Below are positions 1 through 7,351 of a stretch of 7,351 nucleotides of DNA, piece after piece. This DNA comes from Trichoplax adhaerens (taxonomy: Eukaryota; Animalia; Placozoa). The DNA is taken from the NCBI RefSeq assembly GCF_000150275.1, contig NW_002061078.1:1-7351 (forward strand), in the 5' to 3' direction. The position numbers were made by a program, and so were the translations under genes. Position 1 is the first letter of the stretch, and every line of letters starts with the position of its first letter. Under the pieces are notes generated by a model. It saw nothing but the letters and a program-made list of their open reading frames with translations. It searched no databases and was not told where the DNA came from.

Positions 1-2325
1 TCACACTTGATTAGTGAGTTTTTAAGTAACACGTCAAGTTGATTTGTTAATTGGAGTAAGAGTGGTAAACACTCAATATTAATTTATAGATATTTATTCT
101 ATACTGACTATCATAAATATATATTATACAAAATCAAGTATATTGTAAATAGAATTATGTCGATAGAAACTGGCACAGGTATATAAGAGCGTGCCTTTAA
201 TAATAGAAGGAGTTCTGATATTACATTGCCTAGCAGTATATTCTATCGTTCGAATAAAGAGGATTTATGAAGTTATCTGGAAATACTTATTGCTGAATAA
301 GGTCTTATACTGAGCTGGTCGAATTAGTAAAGCTTATTAGCAACGGTATATTACGGTAGAGCGGTTACGCTAGGAATAAAATCAGTTACTTGTGCCGCAA
401 ACGACGTTGTGACATGGCTATATAAATTAGGTTGATAATATCATAATAATTGCTACTGCATATTTTCGGTATTAGGACTTAAAATGATCTTGTTTTATAA
501 TTTGTATTTCGAATTTCTGCTGATGTATTGTAATGTGGCTAAATTCAATGAATGAGTGAATAAAGTTAGCATTTGTCTGAATGTTTGTCTTTAATTTGGC
601 CATATGTTTTAAAACTACTTGTATGATTTAATACAAGAACTGGTAGTCATTCATATGTAGTTACTTATAAGCATTACGTATGGGAAATGTATTCCAAATA
701 AGGACTTTTCTATGTATTTTCTCATATAGGTAAAAACGCATGTGAACACCTTATACCGGTAAGAATATACCCGAATTTTTCTCATTTAATATCGTTTTAT
801 GAGTCTCCTTATTATTAGTGTAAATTGTACTATTCAGTCAGTATCGTCTATTATTTCGTATTTCAATGATTTCTATTCGTGCTGACAATTTTTGGAGTAC
901 CTGCTCTAATTCTTTAGTAAGCTAGGTTGTAACTGGTAGTTAGCTTATTTACTTTTCTATCTCATGTACGGATATAGCAAATTATCTGCAGCCTCAAAAT
1001 TTAACTTTTCATCGCTCAAATTTAGAGTCCTTGTAGTGAAGTTCGTAAATTGAAACTAAAATTATCATAGTTACTTCCAATTTATGTCGCAGCTCAATAA
1101 ATAATGCAAACCAGCTAACTCGCAACTAAAATAGACGGCTGCCAAGCTAAAGTAACAAAAGACTCTTGTCGACCGTTTTATAGCAAGATTATTTAAATAA
1201 CAACCGTACTAAACTTTAGAACTCCAAATCTTTCACGCATGACAAGGTTTTTATTATATGAAAACAGACTTATTCATAGTATTAGTAAAATTACTTTTGA
1301 TTATTATGGGTAAACATAATGAAAATGTTAAATTGTTACACAGCATTTGCAACAAGTATGAATAATATTACAAATACAGGCTATTGCATCCGAAAGCGCA
1401 ATAATCTATTTATGATATTAATCATTGTAGAATTATATATGCTAGACTAAGGGAATTATTCCTTTTATTTCACAACAACATTAAAACCTAACTCTTTCAT
1501 TCACCTAATAGAGTTCATCTTATATGATGAAAGTATTGAGGCTTAAAGTTAGGAGTAGGATTTTAATTTGATCTAATGTGATTAAGAAATCATTTTGATA
1601 TCTCTACGATAAAAATCTATCAACAAAAAAGATGCTGTACTATTCTAGAAATAAGAAAGTTGCTAGCATTTAACCTAATTCTATCAAGTGTTGACGTGGT
1701 TTGAATAATATAAATATGGATATCCATTAGATGAGAGACTTATCAATATATGAAGAGATATGAAATTAAAGTTTAAGAATTGGCACACTGATATTTAAAA
1801 TATAATGTTGCGATTAAGTGTCAATAATAAAGAAAGAACTTCAGTTTCTTGCAAAGTGCACTTTATTACATAAATTGGATTTGCTATGCAACTACCAAGG
1901 ATTATTTAGGTACAGTTAGAAAATCTGTGTCACTCAAATTCTTCATTAATCTTCAATTACTTACGGAATGATATTTTAGTTACACCATCCTATTTTAGTG
2001 ATGAAATCTCAAGAGCAGTTATAAGTTTCGTATCTCGCGATCATTAATCCACGCTGCTAGTTACAGCATATAAGAATCTTATGGTAATGGCTTAATTAAC
2101 GCATTCTATTTATATCTCAGAATCTTAAATAGAAATACCTTAGTAGAAATACATGTTGCAATCGTCTACAAATAAATATTTGCACAATCTTACCATTACA
2201 CTCTCAATTAATCTAGTTTTATACTATCTTATAATTATATTCTTAAAATAATTTAGGGCTGTATTTATATATAAGCGCTCAGTTATAGGAATTTTGAAGG
2301 CATAAATGAAATAGAAAGGTAGCAT

Positions 2326-2345
2326 AATGTAATGAAATGAAATGT
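2326..2345 (+). repeat. Short pentamer microsatellite (AATGW)4
   Basis: AATGT AATGA AATGA AATGT read directly. Confidence 0.6.
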
Positions 2346-3209
2346 GTAGAGATCAAGCTACGAAACTTTAACAAACTTTGATTCTACTTTCGTTGCACTC
2401 CGGTCGACTTAACGCTAATACTTTGACACCAAATAAAATTTGGGGAAATAACCGAACAACAATTTATTTCAAAACAAAAATGGAGAGAAGTATAAACCGA
2501 ACAACCTTACAAATACTTAGCTTTAAGTATTATTAAAATAAATGACAGACTTAAAAACTGTCAACGACCAAACAACCTTTCAAAAAGAAGAACGTTTTAA
2601 CTTACGACAATTCGACCCCGAAGGCCTTTTAAATTCAACAAGTTCTTCAAATAAAATATTCTTCTACTCTCCCTCTAAATTTTCTAATTGCACTGTCATT
2701 TATAGGCTTCGTAGAGCCGTCAGAGGTATTTAAAACTAAACATTTGCTAACCAATCGCTCTTAAGATCCGTTTTAGAAAACTACTTTGCACCATTTAAGA
2801 AAACAAAAATCATTCAAAGTTCAGACACAATTTACCCTACGATTCCCTTACAAAACACTATAAAAGTAATAAGCTAACTATAAAAATACATCAAACTTCA
2901 TTTCTAACATAATTTCTATCATTAATACACTATAAAAAGCTAAAAATCAACCTTTAAACATCAAGATTTAGTCATAAAAACAACATTCTAACTACCTAAC
3001 AATCAACACAACCTCTGCCAATTTCCATCTTATTTTCTATTTTCCTCACTAAATCTCCTAATGTGACTTCAAGTCACGTCATAAAATTCCAAAGTTTCAA
3101 ATTCATAACAAAAAGTCCAAATCTCAAAAATCAACTCTTACGATATTTTTCATGAACAAAAATCCAAAAATTAAAACAGAAAATTATAATTCAGACATAA
3201 ATTAAAAAT

Positions 3210-3295
3210 AAACCCGACCGGTTCCAAAACAGGAAAATTATATCGGACACAAACCCGACCGGTCCCAGAATCCGAAAACTATATCGGACACAAAT
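3210..3295 (+). repeat. 41-bp tandem repeat (minisatellite-like), two full copies plus a possible start of a third, truncated by the gap
   Basis: 3210-3250 AAACCCGACCGGTTCCAAAACAGGAAAATTATATCGGACAC versus 3251-3291 AAACCCGACCGGTCCCAGAATCCGAAAACTATATCGGACAC: 35/41 identical, followed by AAAT and then Ns. A degenerate partial copy lies upstream at about 3173-3201. Confidence 0.9.
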
Positions 3296-3835
3296 NNNNN
3301 NNNNNNNNNNNNNNNNNNNNNNNNNNNNNNNNNNNNNNNNNNNNNNNNNNNNNNNNNNNNNNNNNNNNNNNNNNNNNNNNNNNNNNNNNNNNNNNNNNNN
3401 NNNNNNNNNNNNNNNNNNNNNNNNNNNNNNNNNNNNNNNNNNNNNNNNNNNNNNNNNNNNNNNNNNNNNNNNNNNNNNNNNNNNNNNNNNNNNNNNNNNN
3501 NNNNNNNNNNNNNNNNNNNNNNNNNNNNNNNNNNNNNNNNNNNNNNNNNNNNNNNNNNNNNNNNNNNNNNNNNNNNNNNNNNNNNNNNNNNNNNNNNNNN
3601 NNNNNNNNNNNNNNNNNNNNNNNNNNNNNNNNNNNNNNNNNNNNNNNNNNNNNNNNNNNNNNNNNNNNNNNNNNNNNNNNNNNNNNNNNNNNNNNNNNNN
3701 NNNNNNNNNNNNNNNNNNNNNNNNNNNNNNNNNNNNNNNNNNNNNNNNNNNNNNNNNNNNNNNNNNNNNNNNNNNNNNNNNNNNNNNNNNNNNNNNNNNN
3801 NNNNNNNNNNNNNNNNNNNNNNNNNNNNNNNNNNN
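3296..3835. other. Assembly gap (540 N)
   Basis: Continuous run of N from 3296 to 3835. Confidence 1.
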
Positions 3836-5514
3836 TAGTATGCACTTGTGACGGAGTACAGATTCCGTCAATTAATTGTAGCATTAGCCTTAGTAATTAG
3901 TAATTAAGATTTTATTAATTGTTAATAACATTTATTTATTAGTGTAGTATAAAATAACAAAATGTCGCATTTTTAAGTTTAAGAGCTTCAGTACTAGTAC
4001 ATAAATAAAAGAAATACTGAATAATCGCTATAAATGAATATTAAATTTACAGCTACTAATGCTACTGGCTTATTATGTACAATATAATATCAAAAAGAAA
4101 ATTAGCTTTCATGTCTTATAATTCATGAGAAAATTCTATTATTTCAAATTCTTGCGATAACCGATGATATGATGATAGTGAGAGGCGTTCGCTTTGCATT
4201 TACCGTGGTCTGTCTTGTAAAGAAGATTTAATTTTAAGTCTAGATGAATAAATGGGTAGTACCAAGCAATGATTTCATGCTACTTCCAGTAAATCATCGA
4301 TTATTTCTAATAAAAATCAGGCATCGTACTTGTGGTAGAATCGCATCGTTGTTATTTTTAATCATTTTGAAATTATAAAACAGATAATGGACTTAGCGAT
4401 TATTAGGAAGTAACTTTTGCATAACTATTGTAATATACTTTCTATAAGATAACTTACCTAGGAACGTGCTTTTCCTTAATTTATATATGATGCTATACGT
4501 ATTTTTAAAAGATAAATGCATAGTTTTGCAATGTTATCTATAAACTAGTAAACAATTTTCACGCTGATTTACTATGAATTGAATTGTTTTTTGAATAAAG
4601 TTTGGCTTCACTTATATCTAAGAGAGATTAGTGTTGTGTAAGTGTTCCTCCTGGCGATTGGGAATTTTAAGTAGTTAGAATCGCATTGTAGGTAAATGCA
4701 AGGAGGACAAACCTGATAGTAGATTTACGGCGTATAATTTCTACGATGGTTTTGACTGTTTCTCGTTACAAATATCAATTTGAAACGAGAATATATAATT
4801 AGGTTGTTTTTGGAATTCTTAAATTACCAATCTATAATAAACTTTAATTTATCTTTACTCGACCGCATCGTGTCGGTTTTTCAAAGCATAATTCATAGGC
4901 TTATTTCTACTGCTAAGCAAGTGTAGAATTTGCCCAGTTCTACCGTAAACAATTGCCTTCTTCAACGGTCAGTTGGTTGGGATCAGGGTGCTTGACGGTT
5001 TCACAGCGAGATCACTCCGAAGGGATAAAAAAATACTATAGTTTATTAAGATTGTTGAGTAATGAAATCAAACAAAATAAGATTAAAATTGCAGTAATCT
5101 GCCATGTCCTTTTATAGTTGTGGCACTGCAACCTTCGTGCACACTATCAATGAAAGATAGTGTTCGTTACTTTCCTCATAGGCTTACTATGAGGTTTCAA
5201 AACAGAAATTAGTATAAGTCAAATAGATAAACGAGTTATTTAACAGTGTTAGATTACAAAACCAATCAATTCAAGGAATTCTAATGAATCCTTATTTACA
5301 GCTAATGTGTTAACCGTAGTCACTTGAAAGCAACTATAATAATTATAATACTCAATATACTAATTTTATCATTTACACGTACCGCCTCCATTAATAACCT
5401 ACTTAACAAGACTAAAATAAATGTTCACAACGCACTAACAAAATATTTGTGATAAACATAAATGATGTAGTATCAAGTCTCTACAGCAAGTTAACATCTA
5501 TTACTTATACAGCA

Positions 5515-5536
5515 TTTAATATTCTTTAATTTTAAT
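5515..5536 (-). promoter_or_regulatory. Candidate polyadenylation signals for the GPCR (three ATTAAA hexamers)
   Basis: TTTAAT on the + strand at 5515-5520, 5525-5530 and 5531-5536 reads ATTAAA on the GPCR strand, about 145-165 nt past the stop. The nearest canonical AATAAA I found on that strand is at 5042-5047. Such hexamers are common in AT-rich DNA. Confidence 0.25.
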
Positions 5537-5678
5537 GATCTTATAAGACTTACAATGGACTTCTGTTAGAACTGCTTATTAAGGACTAAGCTATAGCAAT
5601 GAATTTATAATGAAAATGTTTTGCGATAGAAATATTTGCATTCCTTGATCGAAATATATCGTTGATGCTATTTAGAAA

Positions 5679-6755
5679 TTATTTAGCAAGCATATGAATA
5701 TTCAGTTTGGAAGTATGGATTATGTTTGCTGAATTGTTGCGGCTGGATTGTTTGGATGAAGACACAGTAATATGACTTGGTTTAGGAGTAATAGAATTTT
5801 CGTTTGATGATATATTAACTCTTCGTAATAGTTGTAAAGCTTTATTTCGAATATTGCAATCGAACTTAAAATAGATGAAGGGATTTAGTACGGTGATACT
5901 TGTTGTTGCTGGATAGGAGAAGAACGCTAAAAGGAATGATATCGTGCTTTGTTCACGTAGTTTCAATAGTGATGCTTTTGTAACAGCTACTCCAAACACA
6001 GTTGCAAAAAATGGCCAAGTAGTCAGAATATAGCACAGAGTTATACTTATCAGCATGCGAATAAATTTTTTCTTTTTAAAAAGATGTTCTGAATCTTGCT
6101 GTAGCGTTTGTCCTGGTTGTAAATAACTTTGCTGATGTTTGATAATTTGCCAATAAATAAGGACAATAATAATTGAAGGAATAATATAGAGGATAATATC
6201 AAAAACGATAAAATAAATAGATAGAATAGTATTCATTTGGGCAAATTCACACATATAATTATCAGCTTTATGACTTCTAACAATGAGTAATAAGGGAAAA
6301 TTAACTATCGATGATAGAATCCAAACTAGAATCTCGCTTGTAACGATTACTTTCAATTTTTGAATTCGATAGAAAGCCTGCATTGGTTTAACGATCACAA
6401 AATATCTATCAATTGCAATTAAACACAAATTCATCATAGATATTCCGTAAGAATTCAGAGTAATAAAAAATACTATTCTACACATAAGTATACTTGAACT
6501 GTAGTTAAGAAAATATCCCGCAATTTGTATGTATGCACAAATTGTGGTAATGGAAGAAATTATGTCAGACACTACTGATACCAGCATCAAGCGATATGTT
6601 ATTTTATTAAAATATTTATCTGAGATGAAAATATACAACAAAAATATATTAGCTATAACACCTATCACAGATAACGGAATTGCTGAAACGGATGCATAAG
6701 AGTATAAGGTAGCATAAAATTTACTTAGGGTTAGATTCGGGTTTGATTGATTCAT
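5679..6755 (-). CDS. Orphan class A (rhodopsin-like, 7tm_1) G protein-coupled receptor, single coding exon, 358 aa
   Basis: Uninterrupted ATG-to-TAA ORF with seven hydrophobic segments and class A landmarks in the expected order: N36 (1.50, GVIAN), D64 (2.50), C92 (3.25) with ECL2 C169 as likely disulfide partner, DRY 116-118, W145 (4.50), P193 (5.50), Y201 (5.58), P248 (6.50), NPFIY 291-295. It also has a helix-8-like NIRNKALQLLRR, N-terminal sequons NQS and NLT, and a Ser/Thr-rich C-tail. No specific orthologue recognised. Confidence 0.96.
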   Translation of the reverse strand: MNQSNPNLTLSKFYATLYSYASVSAIPLSVIGVIANIFLLYIFISDKYFNKITYRLMLVSVVSDIISSITTICAYIQIAGYFLNYSSSILMCRIVFFITLNSYGISMMNLCLIAIDRYFVIVKPMQAFYRIQKLKVIVTSEILVWILSSIVNFPLLLIVRSHKADNYMCEFAQMNTILSIYFIVFDIILYIIPSIIIVLIYWQIIKHQQSYLQPGQTLQQDSEHLFKKKKFIRMLISITLCYILTTWPFFATVFGVAVTKASLLKLREQSTISFLLAFFSYPATTSITVLNPFIYFKFDCNIRNKALQLLRRVNISSNENSITPKPSHITVSSSKQSSRNNSANIIHTSKLNIHMLAK

Positions 6756-6765
6756 AATTTATAGA

Positions 6766-6803
6766 AGTCTGAGAGTATAATGTAAACTCAATTTATATAA
6801 ATT
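6766..6803 (-). promoter_or_regulatory. Putative core promoter of the GPCR: TATA box plus initiator-like element
   Basis: Minus strand TATATAAA at 6799-6792, inside the palindrome AATTTATATAAATT (6790-6803). Its first T lies 29 nt upstream of the A (6770) of TCAGAC, matching canonical TATA-to-TSS spacing. The AT-rich background weakens the call. Confidence 0.4.
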
Positions 6804-7351
6804 CTTTTGCCTCGTCCGATCTTCTTATTATCAAACGGTAAACATAGGCATGAAAATGCCGTATCTTGATGAATACGTATATTGTACACCAAAGTACGTT
6901 TAATATCTTCAATTAGGTGATCTAAGAGTAGTTATATAGCTAGCTTATTTAAATAAATGCAAATCATTAGTCATGTGAAGTCAACTTATTTAGATCATCT
7001 TAAAATGGTGGATATAATTAGTAAATATTCTTTGCTAAAAAATTTTGCTTGGTCAAATTACTTTGGATTAGGTCTAAAAATACAGAGTATATAACAACGA
7101 TCAATGCAATACAAGTATCTGTCTAAGGGCGTTATATTCTAATTAGTATGTTAACAATCAGTTAGGCATCTTTTAAATGTTAACCCTACGACCATGTAAT
7201 CTCTTTAAAGAATAAAATAAGATATTATAATTTTAATTCAGCAGCATCGATCTGACGTAGCTATTGGCAATACACAAAGTTATACTTTATGGCCAAAATT
7301 CAATGGATTGAAGACTACCAGTTTACCTATGACAGGAAAGGATTCTTAAGG

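Noticed and set aside
1-2325. Short palindromes (e.g. ATGGATATCCAT 1716-1727) and isolated splice-like motifs in the left intergenic region
   Set aside because: Expected by chance in AT-rich DNA; I found no coherent exon chain, RNA gene or repeat structure.
2400-3200. Skewed block as a mitochondrial insertion (NUMT)
   Set aside because: The frames I translated by hand, allowing TGA as Trp, gave no recognisable mitochondrial protein, and I saw no rRNA or tRNA motif. This was not exhaustive, so a BLAST search is still needed.
3210-3295. 41-bp repeat as a CRISPR array
   Set aside because: The variable blocks are only 16 nt and homologous to each other (10/16 identical), there are no cas genes, and the context is eukaryotic.
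3191-3884. The 226-aa and 201-aa minus-strand ORFs in the supplied track
   Set aside because: Artefacts of translating through 540 Ns; only a few real codons lie on either side.
4336-4686. Direct repeat TAGAATCGCAT at 4336-4346 and 4676-4686 as a target-site duplication
   Set aside because: No terminal inverted repeats, poly(A) tail or coding remnant between the copies; one 11-mer match is plausible by chance.
6725-6734. TTAGGGTTAG telomere-like sequence
   Set aside because: Fewer than two units, and it lies within the GPCR codons for the N-terminal NLTLS segment; coincidental.
5679-6755. GPCR as an opsin or a classical biogenic amine receptor
   Set aside because: Position 7.43 is Thr285 rather than the retinal-binding Lys, and 3.32 is Thr99 rather than Asp.

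Overview
AT-rich (roughly 30% GC by eye) eukaryotic genomic DNA from a gapped scaffold. The only well-supported gene is an intronless class A (rhodopsin-like) GPCR on the minus strand (5679-6755, 358 aa), with a plausible TATA/initiator core promoter just upstream. This style of gene and genome resembles an early-branching animal such as a placozoan, but that is inference only. A 540-nt N gap (3296-3835) is flanked on the left by a strongly C>G skewed block (~2350-3295) ending in a 41-bp tandem repeat that runs into the gap. On the right the gap is flanked by a hairpin followed by CTA, reminiscent of a Helitron 3' end. The rest looks intergenic. I cannot demonstrate a new biological system here; the best leads are the unexplained element around the gap and the non-canonical switch and pocket residues of the orphan GPCR.
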